NCBI GenBank assembly: GCA_000320545.1 | Contig: ADNK01002961.1 | Location: 9,262 to 73,261 of the forward strand | Reading direction: 5' to 3' | Source of the DNA: Bigelowiella natans CCMP2755 | Taxonomy: Eukaryota; Protista; Cercozoa | DNA: 64,000 nt | Shown: positions 1 through 14,453 of the stretch, piece after piece | How positions within the stretch are numbered: position 1 is the first letter of the stretch | Layout: every line of letters begins with the position of its first letter | Translations under genes and position numbers: made by a program | The notes under the pieces: generated by a model | Database searches by the model: none | What the model was told of the DNA's origin: nothing | Seen by the model: only the letters and a program-made list of their open reading frames with translations

Positions 1-100
1 TTTTAATTCGTCGAGCGAATATCTATGAACCACCATAATATCCAGATGATGACGATCTGGTCTGTTGTTGCTGATGTGCGTTGCCTCCTCCCTTTGTCAG

Positions 101-1709
101 ACGGATGGAAATATTGACGTGGCAAGACTCACGTATCCGATAAGCATGACACTCTCTCGGGACGGAACCCAACTATACTTTTCAGAGGGCAGAGAGTCAT
201 CTCTTGGCGTTTCTTATGTACTTCTTTTCAAATTTGCGACCCAATTTTTTTTAGTGTGTGTGTATGTGTGTGTGTGTGTGTGTGCGCGCGCAGTTTACTT
301 CCACATAATATGAAGCATGTTTTTCCCGACAAACTTTCAGATGTATTGAGGTTAGACTTTGGGAAATACAGAAATACTTGTCTGTGGCATGACTAGTGCT
401 ATGCCGTGGGGGGAAATAAAAACCAAAATCCTCGTCATTACGTCGTAGAAACTTAATAGAAATATCAACGAAAGCATTCTTATACGAAGTTCCAGCTCAC
501 CTTCATCTTGATCCGTCTACTGAGCCTTATTTGCCTAATCCGATGTTATCTCAGCCCCGCGTGCGTGTAGTAGACATGGAGAAGAAAAGTTTACGTTCAA
601 TTGCTGGCAGCGACAATACAATCGTGATAGATGGGTGGGGATGGGACGCTGCATTTCAGGTTCGCTAATTTGCTTACAATGAGGGTTAGGGTTTTAAGGT
701 TAAGGTTTGAGGTTAAGAGTAACTCTGTATGCAACGTGAAACTGCTGAGGTTCTGACCATGTTTTTCCCGTGATGATCTACGGTAGCTTACTTAATTATG
801 TCTTGGTTTCTACTGTCAGACCCCAAGATCTTTAGTGCTTGATGAAGACGCCATCGCACCAACGGTAACGTTACGTACCTGATCGGATGACCCACCATAC
901 ACGCCGCCTTCCACGTTTTTTGCTCATTAAAACACACACGTAGCAAAGTAATGCTGAACTCAAGGGGTAGCTTGGGAAGGGCATTAGTACATATTTTGTA
1001 TCCATCCCGGATGTACTCTCTTGAATAACGACCGCATTTTCTCAGCATGGCCATTTTATATTTTTTCTTGACGTGAAGCATGATCCTATGGCGAATTATG
1101 ATCAAACCTTATGCTTCCCACACTTGCAGCTGTACGTGGGGGATAAGAGCAACTTGCGGAAAATCGAGTCAAACGGAGGAACTGTCAACGTAGAGGCTCG
1201 CTCCGCATAAAACTGCAAGAGAGGCGGGGAGGGTTGGGGTGGAGGAGGGCTTTGCTTGAATGATAAGTAAATATCTACTGTTGTGGTAACTGTTAGCTCT
1301 TACACATCGTTTTAGACATGGGGAGACGTACGTTACGAGGGAGGGCCGAATAACGAAACCGCGCGAGCATCCAGTGTCGTGCAGATCGAAGCTTCTACCG
1401 AAGCGATAGCTGCACTGACTAAAGGTAAGAGCTGATAGAGATGAAGTACAGATATTTTGTTTCTCTGCAACCTTCCGGAGCTTTGCTTGCTCCCATTCCT
1501 CTTCTCCACCTTTATCCCCATCCTTCCTCAAATTTGTTCTGTCAAGCAGCTTCATCTCATCAAAACGTTGTCTTTTCTGCACAGACGGGGAAGTAAAGGC
1601 CTGGGGCAACGTGCTATACGGAGGCCTCGAATTCCCCAACGCATCCCACGCCCTCAAAGTTGTGTCGAGCTATGGTAGGTAGCGTAGTGGGTCTTTAATT
1701 TGCACCATC

Positions 1710-1750
<41 letters not shown>

Positions 1751-4700
1751 TAATCAAGCAGGGCTTACCTCCAACGAATTCCGTACTCAGATAAGACACG
1801 ATCCTGAATAACTTTCGTAGGTGCATACGCGGCTCTGAAGAAAGACGGTAAGGTGGTAACTTGGGGGGATCCTGGATACGGGGGCGACTCTTCTACGGTA
1901 AAGCACTTGCTGACCGGGAGGATCATTGACATCAAATCGAGTAAGTACGGCTTCCTGATGTTGAAAGACGACTACACCGCAGTTTGCTTGGGCCCTACTC
2001 AAACTATATATAGCTGCAGCATGGATAAGCTGAATTACACCGAGTTGAGGCAGGGCCGAGAGAAAGGATTTGCACCACCCAAAGTGGTCGCAGCAGATGG
2101 ACGATATGGCGGATATGCGGCGCTGGACGGTGAGGGCCGAATTTACGCACTCGGGGGGGCGGGACAAGTATCGGCATTCAATCAACTCAACAGTGAAGAG
2201 CGAAATGCTAATTATAGCGACATCTTTGGCTCGGGGAGCTCCTTCTTTGCCATCCCAAGAGGAAAGGGACCCCCTACCACATGGAGCATCGGATTTAGCA
2301 CCCCTCCCACCACAGGATTTACTGCAGCGAAGGAGAAGATGCGTCACCTCGACATTCGTAGCGTTAAGTCAAATGGTGCTTATTCTTTTTATGAGGCCTT
2401 TCTCGCTCTTTCGGAAGATGGGATGGTCGTCACATGGGGCTATTCTTCTTATGGAGGAGACGCCAGTACTGTACAGGCGCTCATTGATGAAGTAAAAGTG
2501 AAGGATGTGTTCACTTTGAGAGTATCCCTTGACAGCGCGAAAAAGACGCCCATATTTTGGTGCCTTCTTGCTACTCATGCGCAACTATAGCTTGATCTAT
2601 CTTGGAGGAGGAATTTACAGACCACCCCTAGATGTGCAGGGAAAAATCGTTCAAATTCGATTCCAACCTGTCGTGGCGGCCTCTGCGAAGTCTTTCTTTG
2701 CACTTACGATGGATGGGAACATCGAATGCATCGGTTATAAATATGAAGCCGTGAATTCTAAATGCCCCAGAAATCTAGGGCCTGTTGTACAGGTGGTGGC
2801 AACTCTTCAGGCCGCTGCTGCTTTGTTTGCCAACGGCTCAGTCATTACATGGGGAAGTTCTTCTTACGCAACAGTGACATCCGAGGTTGCCAATCTATTA
2901 AAATCTGATGTGTTGTCCTTGTACGCTACGAACAAAAACTTCGCCGCATTAAGGTCAGATGGAAGAATGGTGCAATGGGGTTACGACCAGCTCCCGAACG
3001 TCATCGAAAAGATTGAGAAAGTATTTCCACTGTGGGGGGGAGATCATTTCGCAGCCTCCTGCACGAACGGCGACACCTACTTTGGTGTGAATGAACCTTC
3101 CTTCAAGGCACCAGTGGCACGCTTATTTCGAGACGAGAAGGGTTTCATTGCCGTAGACGTTAAGTCAAACGTGTACTTCTGGGGGAGGTTTTACGACGCT
3201 GGGACATTCACAGCATTGGCAGATGTTCGGAAGAAATTCGCTGAACTACCCGTGATTGATGCGCAGCAGTCACCATCAGGCAAAGGCTATGGCGCAATTT
3301 TCTCTGACGGAACTGTAGGATTCTGGGGCTACAACTTCCAAAAATACACATTAAAGTCGGATTTCAGTGAAGTGGGAATAAAGCAATTAGTTGCTGGAGG
3401 TTCGGATGTCGGTTCGGGTTTCAGCGATCACTTAATGGCGATTAACCGTCTTGGCCAGTTTGCTAGTCCACGCTTTTCGTGGTATATCTACGATAGGGAA
3501 GTCGAAGAAGTACAATGTACAGGATTTTATTATTCTGTCTTATGCGCAGCTAAGCTATTAAATGATACGCTCACTCTACGGTTGCACTCTACCTCTACCT
3601 CTACATATTATAATCAATATTTGGTAAAGCCCAACGAAACATACCTGGCAACGACAAAAGTAAAAAGTCTCGCTCACACCAGAAATGCGTTCGCGGCTTT
3701 GATGGCTGACGGTACCTTGCATACTTGGGGTCGCACTACCAGCGAAGCCAAAATGCCTGATGATGTAAAGAGTCGAATCGAGTGGCTTGTTTCGAAAGGC
3801 GTAAATATAAAAGGTGTTTATGCTACCGAAGCCAGCTTTGCAGCCCACATGTCAGACAAAACGCTCATCACCTGGGGTAGGACATACTTGCGGGACGCGA
3901 ACAAAGCTGAACGATGGAAAGGAATTGGAACCCTGCGAAGTTCATCTCGATTCTTTTTCGCCACATCTGATAAGAATCTCAATGTCTTCGGCTCCTGTTA
4001 TCACCGTTCGTTTAATTACAAGGGTGCAAACCCTATCAGCACCGTGATTGGAGTGGACACCGCACTGGCAAATGACGATTATGATGTTCTCTTGTTTCAG
4101 AATGGATGGTTGGCTTTCAAAGTATATGATAGGATTAGTAAAAACGATTGGATGTTTCGACCTAGATGGGGTATCCTGCGAGCTGTTTCTTCAAAAAAGG
4201 CGATAGCCACTATCACAACACCTTTTAAGGTTTGTTACAGAGTAGAGCAGTTTTCATGCGAAAACTTTGTATTTTTCATCAAATTCTCTTCCACCAACCT
4301 GGTATATGGAGAGAATAGCTAACATGCGTATGAATGGATGAATGTATTTTTTTTGAAACTCTCGATTTCGAGGACGACATCGTTATTCTCGAACATCATA
4401 TCTCGATATATTTCGATGCGAAGCCGTACGCGCTTTTATTGTTTCGCTCTTGTTATGTTCATATACCAGCCTGTAACAAAGAGCCCTACAACGAAGATCC
4501 TGACGACCACGTCTCCAGCTACAAACTCCCCGTCGACGCTTGCCCCTTCGTTCAGCCCTTCCACTTGCAGCCCTTCCACAAATGCTCCAATGGTCATCGA
4601 AGCAAGGCTCTCGGATACGCTGCAGTACATAATACTCACCTTCCACAGGCCAACGAACACGCCTACGGAGGACTGTGCGGTGCTCTTATCTTCTGCAACG

Positions 4701-5021
4701 CTGGGAAAGCTTGGTAGTATCTGTTTATAGTTATGCCTTTTACAAACAGCGATTAACTGTTCCATTCAAAGGCAATTTGTCTCTACGAACTTGATTTGAG
4801 AAATAGTGTTATTCATCTGTAATCACACCCCTCTTGAAAACGCTATATGATAGTATTTGTTTGTTTCGATGTGAGAGAGGTGTGATGACGTCGTTGTTAT
4901 TTTTGGCATTGCCTCGTCTTTAGGGTCAAGCCCGACTTGCATCTGGGCTACTCCGAGTGTCTTATGGGTGTATTTTAGTAGAGGTTTCACCATTCGCCTT
5001 GGTAATATTACGTTGGTGCTA

Positions 5022-5080
<59 letters not shown>

Positions 5081-8000
5081 AATGCAATAGCTCAGCCAAG
5101 TATGACTACCACGCCATGTAGATCTTACACAATATGACCCCATGTGTACGCTGTGCATTACAGGTGATATGGTAGTATTTCGTGAAGAAGTAGTAACGCT
5201 TGATAGAGGAGGAATGGCCAACTTCCAAAGTCAACAGCCGCTCTTACGTCCAAGAACATTGTCGCCTGACCCCGCACCAACGCTGATCGCTCCCCAGACC
5301 GTTGGTGCCTGTGACGAAATCGACATCGATGCATCTACCTCCACAGGGGCTTTCGGCTTGCCTCTGACCTTTGAATGGAGGTACTTTGGCCCTGCTTCCT
5401 CGTCGCTGCGGGCGTTTGTGCAGATGCAGGACAGGTCGAGATTTAGTTTGCTAGGCTCCAACCTCACCGTGGGTGCGCACACATTCAGTGTACGCTATAC
5501 AAACTGGCTGAACGACAGCTACAGCGCCGAAACGGTCGTGGTGCGCACACCGATGGATGTGCCTATCGTGACAACGTTTTTCCCTGACTACGTCCAGATA
5601 AAAACCTCCCGGGATAACGTTCTCCGCACCGAAATCGATGCCTCTTCATGTTCTGTCTCTAAGAGTTCGGCCGTGAATCGAGTCAGTTGGTCATTCTTGG
5701 GGCCAAATTCGACGTACCTCCATCCCTCTGTCGATCGATACCGCAAGCACATCACGCCGTTGACAACAGAGACCACACCGAGCCTACCAAACCCTAATTC
5801 GGTGTTTCTGAGCATCCCACGTCACACGCTTACGATGGGGTCTATCTATGCGTTGCAGCTCCGTGTCGAAACGTTCGTCGCAGATGTGAAGCAAATTGGC
5901 ATAAACTACACATTCATTATGAAGGCTGTGGACGAGCGCGTTGTGGCGAAGATCGGAGATGGGAGCTTAGCGAGAACCGTCTACGTCCCAAATTTGATTG
6001 GCTCGGATGACGATTTTGACGAGGGTTTGAGGCTAGACGCATCAAAGTCTCATGACCCGGGCTCCCAATATCCTATATCACAATACCATTGGATTATCCA
6101 ACGCACTGACGACTTCAGCAATGTCCTCCCTTCTACAGGGAACATCTCCATTATTAGCAACGAATCGATCGCTTATGTGAATCGAAGCACATTGGTGTAC
6201 GGCAGGTATCGCGTAACTTTGACAGTCTCATGCCTCCCCGCCTCGGGCCGTTCGTCATCGGCCAGCGACAACAACGCAGTTGCAAATTATGGCAGCGGCA
6301 ACAACACTAATTGGAGGACTTCAACAGCTATTCAATACATACGAATTGTGTCGGTAATGGTACCGAAAGTAACCATAATCCGCAGCACAGTGCCTAAACG
6401 CCTTGCTGACGTAGAAAAAGTTACTCCTGGAATGAAGCTATCGTTTAGCGCTAATGTTTCTCTCTCTTCAGACTCGCTATACACTTATGCGTGGAGCAGT
6501 AACGCCATGCTGAACGACCAGACTTTGTTGACCAAGGACACAAACTGCACGTTGTTAGTACTACGGCCGCACACTCTGACGAGTGGGAAGAGCTATCAAT
6601 TTCGCTTGATGGTTAGGGATGTGACGAGTGGAACTTATGCAGAATCCGTTGCGAACGTAGTTGTAAATGCTCCTCCCACTCTTGGCACCTGTTCCGTATC
6701 ACCAAGTCGCGGGGTGAGCATGCACACCAAGTTTCGTTTCGGCTGCTCCGAGTGGGCGGACGAAGACGTTCCTTTGCTATTTGAGTTTCGCGACGCGAGC
6801 CGATACCCATCCTTCCCTTTGAATAGATTCCAGCAGAAATCATACTTTTCGACGCTGCTCTTCGCTCCCAATGAGGATTCGAGGCGGTTCATCGTAGTTG
6901 CTCTTGTACAGGACGCGTTAGGCGCTGCTGTGACCTACAATGACTCTGCCCTTCACCCGTTAGTTAATGGTCAAGACGGGAGTGTTGGAAATACCCACAG
7001 CAATGTTACAGCCTTCCTGAGCGAGATGGAGGCGGCAAGGGCCATGGGAAACATGATCCGTTTCGGTTTGTACTTCCGCGCAACTCTGGCTTCGGTCGAC
7101 AAAAGCTCGACGATAGATACGTCTGTGAGAGATAATCTATTTAGTTTTGCAGCGGATATAGCTGATGATCCGTCATTGCCCGTAGCTGACGGCTCGAATT
7201 TCGCGTTAGAGTTGCTGAGCGAGATTACCGACTTTCCACCGGAAAAGCCTGAGGTTCTATCCTCCAACCTCCGCAAGAACATACTTGGACTCCTAGATAG
7301 GATGGTTGTAGAAATGGGCAGAAAGGGGGACGGGAGGTCTTCGGCTCTTGCTCTTGTGGTGGTAACTGCTTCTCGAGTGGCCGACTCAGTAGGAGATATC
7401 CGAAAACTTTCCGCCCCGATATCAGCCGCCCGGCTTCCAAGCAATGTTTCTGACACAGAGCGCATCGCTGTGGCGGAGAAGGTCGAGCAAATGCTGGTGA
7501 ACGCCACGCATGTCTTGTCTACTACGGTGAGCGTCGGTGAGCTTGCAGCTAAGCTGTATACACCAAAGGCAGTTCTGTTGGCGCAGAAGTTTGCAGCGGA
7601 GAATGCTGCCGGCGCAACTATTGTAGAGTCATTGGATGATGAAGCAGGTGACGAGGGGCAGTTGCAATCTATTTCTCAAGAGCAAAAACTATCGATTTCA
7701 CTGCCTGAGAGCTTCTCTCTCGATGACAATTCTGCCATCCTCGGGGCATCGGTCGTGTGGCTTAAATCGAGGCCTTATCCTTCCACAGGGTCCTTATCAT
7801 CTTCGCCGGGAGAAGAAAGCCTGCGTTTGCATTCTCAGCTGACTATTGAGCTGCAGCAAAATGGCCAAGACTTGGAAGTCAACAATACACAAGATCCAAT
7901 TGCTCTGAAAATACCATTAGGTGCTGCAGAGGGATTTGACTACAGATCTTCTTTTAATCCCGTCGCAGGGGGGGGGTTTACTTGCGAGTATTGGTCTGTG

Positions 8001-10307
8001 AGCGCCAGGCGCTGGCAAACAGATGGAGTGTTCTTAGCTAATATGACGAATGAAACGCGGCCGTGGGAGGGTAGAGCTGAGTGCCATTCCCGTCATCTAA
8101 CAACGTTCAGAGTAAGCATAAATACGTTCAGTGGAGATACCTTGAGGAACCAGGAAGCGTACTCGCTCTCAAACCCCCTCACGCTCTTCCTTGTCTGTCT
8201 CATCGGCATTTTTACTGTGGGCATTCTATGTGCGTTCTACTACGACCGCTGGTTGTACCTCAAAGGGAGCGCGAAGGCATCTCGCGATTATTGGCGCAAA
8301 TACAATTGGATGACAGAAGTTCGTCTAGTCAACGATCGATCTTGGAAGAGCTATAAAACTAGCTTGCAGTGGGCCTTTGAGAAGAAGCACACGTGGACGG
8401 CGGTTCTGCTACGCCACAGCGGGGACTACTTGACCTCCACAAAGCGAACGATAATCCTTCTGGTTCTTCTGGTCAACTCGATGACCGTGCTCGCCCTTCT
8501 TCTCGAGCAGGAAGCAAAAGTGTTATTCCTCTCCTCTCGTTCGTCTCTCGCTATTGTCGCCATGATGATGTCCTTTCCTGTACCGATGCTGATGATATAT
8601 ATTCTGCACCGACCTGTGCCTCAAACGTTCATGGTGACTCATGACATTGCCTCAGCTTCGGCTGGTTGGTTATCCTGGGCATTTTTTGGCCTTCTTCTTC
8701 TCCTCGGAGACTTGCAGGTCAATATGGAGATGGGGGGAGACGGGGAGATCGATGGCGGTGAGGATGAGGAGATTGAAATAGAGGATGATGAGGGTGATGC
8801 GGAGGCGGGGAGGAATGAAGAGCAAGATGACGACGATGACGACGACGATAATGCAAATAAAGAAGTTGAAGATCAAGCCAATCGGCTTCGATTGATGGCT
8901 CTTCACGGGTCCCAGCTATCCTTAAATCCTGAGGGCGCGGTCATTGGAGCAGGAATTATTGCAACTCAAGGTGAAAGTATCATTAATAAAAAGAACCAAA
9001 GGGAGAAGAGAATGGATAAGAAGAACACTCATCAGGCAAGTCTGCAGTCATCCTTTCGTGGAATTGGCATGATCAAGCAGAAGTCTCTTCCAGGAATGGT
9101 CACGCACAACTCTTCTAGTTTGGGTAGTCCTAAGAAATCGGAGGAGAAGAGCATCCAACTAGAAAAGGAGCTAAGGATGGCTAATAGGCGGCATTCTCTT
9201 AAGCGGATGCGTCAGTTTGAACAATACCGATCTGCGAACATGTCTTCGCTGGCTATGGATAGCAACATCATCACAGTGCGTGCCTTACGAGATATTGGCG
9301 ACAGCAACAGCAATGTCAGTGATCATAGGGAAGGTGAAAAGGACGGCCTCATTTGTTGGAGGAAAAACGTGTGCAAGGATGCGGACCCCAGTCTGGAAAA
9401 TACGCACATCTGGATTCGAAACGATTGTGTCGCTGTTTTAATCGCATGCCTAGCGGTGCTTGGATGTAGTTTCATCCTCGTCAACCTCAGTTATGAGTTG
9501 AAAGAAAAGAATAAAGACTGGGTTGCTGATACGTTGTGGATGTTCTTCGTCGATATTGTCTTTAGATCATTTTCCATAGTATTCCTAGAATTTCTTCTTC
9601 TTGGGCCTCTCTGCGGCGCGGCTTACTTCATTGCAAACGACGAGAAAAATGTCAAAAATAGGAAGCGGATATACGAGAGATGGAACACTATCGTCAAATC
9701 GAAGTATTCACAGGAGAACGGTGCTCAGCGTGTAGTGTTGGCGTTCGCATCCGGTGACACGATCGGGTTTAAATTCCATAAGTGTCGCGTTGTCGATGTA
9801 GAGACTGACTCGCAATCACAAAAGCATGGCGTACATAAAGGATGGAGAATACTTCGAATAAGCGACCAACCGGTTCTAAACGATAGTGAGTTAAGAAAAA
9901 TACTATTTCGTGCGCACCGTTTACATTCCATGTTCGATGTCGAATTCGTGCACTTTCCAACCACAAAGCTGCGAGTGCGTGAGGATAAAAGCAACAATAG
10001 GAACAGCAACAGCAACAGTAATGTTTCAGCGAGCTTGAATCCATCTTCCGTTGTGGAGGACAGTGAGATGACCTGGCTCTCTGATGGCGAATTCAAAGCG
10101 CTGCAGCAGAGCGGATCAAAGTGGCAGAGTTTTGTGAAAGATGAGGTTAAATGGGCAGAGAGCAGGGCAAACTTAATGAAAGAAGCAAGAGGGCGTGCTT
10201 TACGAGATTTTCTTCATCTTACGAACAGCGAAGTTGACGATTTCGGTGATGGTGATTCGGCGTCGGAGCTTAGCTCTGAGCCTGGGGAAATCAGCGTGTC
10301 TTGTTAA
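101..10307 (+). CDS. Giant polycystin-1 (PKD1)-like adhesion receptor, multi-exon, probably 5'-incomplete: NHL-like repeats, RCC1-like repeats, Pro/Thr stalk, REJ, GAIN/GPS, TM helices, C-terminal PDZ-like domain
   Basis: Spliced exons read DGNIDVARLTYP (101-), IAGSDNTIVIDGWGWDAAF (555-659), LYVGDKSNLRKI, then repeated AxAALxxDGxVxTWG (1315-4229) and an SPT stalk (4470-). ORF 5142-10307 has REJ-like NAPPTLGTCSVSPSRG...FRFGCSEWADED.PL, a GPS (CEYW...WQTDGV...CHSRHL|TTF), hydrophobic helices and PDZ-like GFKFHKCRVVDV...GVHKGWRILRI. Confidence 0.8.
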
Positions 10308-11005
10308 TGGCATGGGTGCATGTGAACAATTGACATGTGACATCTAGGAATGCATGCATGCAGCTTCGTGCTCCGCACATTCATTTGCGTTTTCATCTTT
10401 TGAAGTTTTTCCAAAGCCACGTAGAGCGTGCCGCTGCAGCTGTCGCATCGTGATTCTTCATGTTTTTGGTCGCTCACTGTGGATGGAAATGAGAGTGCAC
10501 AATTCCACATGCTTTCTGCCGACCAGACATGGCTGCATGTGCATCACAGGAAATCTGAGTCATGTAGCGTGCGCACGATGAGAGCTAGCGAGCAATGCAT
10601 TGCACGCGACACAATGCAATGTGTGACGCATGTGATGAATCAAATCAAATTCATCAAATTGATCAATGCATTTCAATGGTACACGTGGCAAAGATGAGTT
10701 GCAAGCCTTGCTGCGTTCACGTGTTCTTTCAATTGTGCGTTTTCCACAAGCTAGCAAGGTCATGCGTGCTGGCAGCACGTTCAAAATCATTCGAATTCAA
10801 AGATGCGTTGTTGAAGATTTGCAACGTTTCAAGCGTCATTGTTGTCAGGAGTGGCAGAAACGTCAGGCTGGCAGGGCCCAGAGTGGACACACCGTGCACC
10901 TGCACCTCAACCGAACGATTTTCGAGGGCATCGCATCTTCCTTTGACGTGTTCGTGTGCGAATGCAGGGTCGGGAGCACGCAGAGAACGACACAAACGTC
11001 GCAGG

Positions 11006-11585
11006 CTAGCAGGATGAATGTGCGCGGTGCCCTTTGTGAAAGTATTTCCTGTTGTGTGTCGAGATGTTGTTCACGGCGCCTTTCCGGGTGTCCGTCTCGA
11101 GGACATCAGAGTTTTTTTCGCACAGCGACCAGTGCGACACGGCGTGCAGACACCAATTGGAGGGCACCCTCTTCCTGCGGGTTTTGCTGCTGCCCGCGAC
11201 GTGACCTTCTCGCGCGTGCGTTTCACCTGTCTCACCCCACTCCCTTGCGCTCCACACGTTGAGGCAAACCAGGTCTTTCTCAACGATGGGGGTTGTCGGT
11301 GCTACCTTTCGGTTGTTGCGTTTGGTCTCAGCAAGAGTTGAAATTGTTGAAAGCACTTCGGGTTCACAGCCCATTCTACGACAATTTCACCCAAAAAAAT
11401 CCAGATTTGGCGCCTTTTCGAAACGTATACAGAAACATCATGGTAAAAATACCCAAAAATATAGCGGAAAGCGGAAAGCCTTCCATGAGTTCGTGAGACA
11501 GGAGAAACTTTAACTTCTTACACACGAACATTTTTTTTAAGAAAATTTGGGCAATTTCTGGTTGTCGCAACGAAAAAACGCTCAT
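11006..11585 (-). CDS. Possible small hypothetical gene
   Basis: Two adjacent minus ORFs (11376-11585, 11006-11374), no recognisable motif. Position fits the alternating gene order. Confidence 0.25.
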
Positions 11586-11617
11586 GGTTTCACTCCGTTT
11601 TCGGAAGAGTCGAATCG

Positions 11618-12416
11618 ATGGCGACCGCCCCCCCCACTGCGGATGGTAGGAACTGCTCAGACGATGTAGCTTTCAATTGACACGAATTCGTGCCGATTTA
11701 TCCTGTGCGCTTGTTTTGGTTGAATCAGAAGCTAAAGGGCGGTGTCGTGGTCCGGGTTCACCACAGCAGCATGATACTACTAGCGGAGATAGCGGGAAAA
11801 ACAAAGGGGGGAAGGCCAAAAAGGCCATGCAGCACTTCGCTCAGGCACTTCAAAGTTCGAATGACAAGCCCTAACTCCCCTTTTTTTTCAAGATATAAAT
11901 GCGTGTTTCTTCGGCCGCTGATTTGTTCAATGCTTGGGGTAGGAAAGGTAATGAGAAGGCGCATCAAAGCTCTGATTGCCAGCAAGAAGACGAATGGAGC
12001 AAAGGTAAGAGGAGCACTTGTTTGGACAAATCGTAATCATAATAAGAAAAGAAGTTGAAACCACAGTGGCACTTCCTTCTGATAACGTCGCGCAACACGC
12101 AGAGTGGTAGCAAGGAACAAAGAGTTGATGGGGATGGCGACGACGAGGAGGCATCTTCTCATTTATTTAGGTGGTAGTAAAAGAAGCAGCATAGCCGACT
12201 TTCCTCGCACGCACAATACATTAAACATTGGTGTATCATGCCCGCTGATAGCTGCACAGCAAGGGGATGAAATAGGCTTGAAAAATGAAAACAGACGATT
12301 TCGCTGTCGTCAAATGTTCCAATTACAAGCCCAACTACATAGCGGTTGACACGAGTATGCAACTTGCAGACAGTTCTTAGAATTTTCCCAAGTGCCTATC
12401 TCTGGTGTTCGATAAT

Positions 12417-12455
<39 letters not shown>

Positions 12456-12741
12456 CTGTACCCTGCTCGCAGGAGCCATCGTCGCTCGACCAACTCCGAT
12501 TCAGCACACGAACCAACATCATACCACAACACGCTTAGATCACCGTATGTGCCTACCTGTCGGGCGGCGGTTGAGGAGTTTCTGAAAATCGCTCATGTAA
12601 TACAGATGCATATAACCAGAAGCGGTGATTTTGGATGTGGGAGTAGAGAGAACCGATAACAGCGGAAAGAAACAGCACTACTATACCACCCTAGCAGGAG
12701 ATGAAGCATCGAAAGCCCATTCCGTGTTCTTTAAACTGTTC

Positions 12742-12782
<41 letters not shown>

Positions 12783-13074
12783 TACACGTGTGTGTATGTG
12801 TGTGTATGTGTGTGTGTGGTGTGTGATGCTGATAATGTATATTTGAATAGGTCGGAGAAAATGACGTTGTATGCGACATAGGTACCGGAGAGAAACAACA
12901 GTTAAAATTTATTATTGAATATTACAAGGACGATGATTTCAAACCACGTTAGATTCATTATTGAACATTACAAAGACGATGATTTCTTTCCCCATCTCAT
13001 TTTTATCCCCCCCCTCCTTCCCACCTCCTCTCCTCCGGCCTCCCTTCCATCTTCTTTCTCTCTCTCTCCCTCTC

Positions 13075-13112
<38 letters not shown>

Positions 13113-13283
13113 GCTCTCTCTCTCTCTTTCTCGTTCATCCTTTCTTGTGTGCGCGAAGGATGCGGGGATGGACGGGTGCTTGCAATGGCCGCGGAGTTAG
13201 GAGCAAAAGGCATCGGTTTTGAGGTGAGTACTGAGTCAGATTGATAGATGCAAAACACATACACACACATATTACACACACAA

Positions 13284-13325
<42 letters not shown>

Positions 13326-13452
13326 ATATATGCAGATTGATCAGGAGCTGCATGAACGTGCGACGAAGATGCTGGCGAAAGAGAAGAAAGCATTGCGGGT
13401 CAGTGTTAGCTTTTTCACTGACATTGTACGTCTACATATTAACCAAAAAAGG

Positions 13453-13486
<34 letters not shown>

Positions 13487-13579
13487 CTGTGTGTGTATAT
13501 GGATGGGTGGGTGTTTTACCGTACTAGGAACGAGTAGTGATATATAATCAGCCTGCAGAAGGTAAATCCACACACACAT

Positions 13580-13611
<32 letters not shown>

Positions 13612-13695
13612 GAAGAAAAACACATCTTTTACCTACGTTACACCATACAGATATTCTTGTTAAGTACGAATGGAAAATGCAAATGGGGAGAGAGG

Positions 13696-13741
<46 letters not shown>

Positions 13742-13936
13742 TGAAAAGTGAAAGAAAACGAAGTTCGTGTAGCTCTGCACATGAAAAAGTGGGAAACGAC
13801 TGCTTTAATCATGGTTTTTCACTCATTCTGGTGATGTGTTAGGAGCTCGACTCATTGAGGCATTGCAGCAAACGACGGTGTTGTTTCTATTCCTCCTGCC
13901 AAGTAATGGTTTCTCACGCCAATATGCACGCGATTG

Positions 13937-13974
<38 letters not shown>

Positions 13975-14453
13975 TAATTATTTCGAGTACAATATCGACA
14001 TGGATTTGTTTCTGATCTCCACAAACCAACCACAGAGGCCATCCGCAGCTTGGAGCCTATCATACTAGCGCACATGCAGCCGAAGACGCGTATAGTCACG
14101 TACACGTTTCGATTCGGAGACTCTCTCGTCCCCGTGAAATCTATAAACTACAGGTATTTCCACGCCGCCAAGCGGCACCGATGGTGATGAGGGGGGAGAT
14201 GTTCAAAGTTTTGGTTTTGTGAGTCTGAATCAAACGTCCTCAGTAGCCGCGCAACATCGGATGGGATGAGGGAGGGATTGTGGATTGTGAATTTTCCGTT
14301 GTTCTTCCAATATTTTGGGGCTGAAAAGCGCCAACGATAGCCTGTCCTGCAAGCCTCTGTCTCAGGGCATATGGCGCCTTTGATGAACAAATTTCATTGA
14401 CTTCATCTTCCTACCCCTTCGTGCTTGTTAGCTTGGAAGAATTTTCTGTCTAA
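11618..14453 (+). CDS. Class I SAM-dependent methyltransferase, FAM173 (ANTKMT/ATPSCKMT)-like, multi-exon
   Basis: Exons splice to SPYVPTCRAAVEEFLKIAH|VGENDVVCDIG|CGDGRVLAMAAELGAKGIGFE|IDQELHERA...TVLFLFLLP...RIVTYTFRF, giving motif I DIGCGDGR and the PYVPT pre-motif. First and last exons are tentative. Confidence 0.75.
12420..13970. repeat. Representative cluster of intronic microsatellites (AC)n, (AT)n, (CT)n, (AG)n; similar clusters at 20100-21500, 28140-28300 and 58570-63010
   Basis: Dinucleotide runs directly visible inside introns. Confidence 0.95.

Noticed and set aside
683-718. Telomere-like gggttagggttttaaggttaagg
   Set aside because: Only one perfect TTAGGG in a short degenerate intronic tract; not a telomere or a convincing interstitial array.
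12159-14029. Many short ORFs with YIYIYI, HTHTHT, SLSLSL or ERERER
   Set aside because: Translations of intronic microsatellites.
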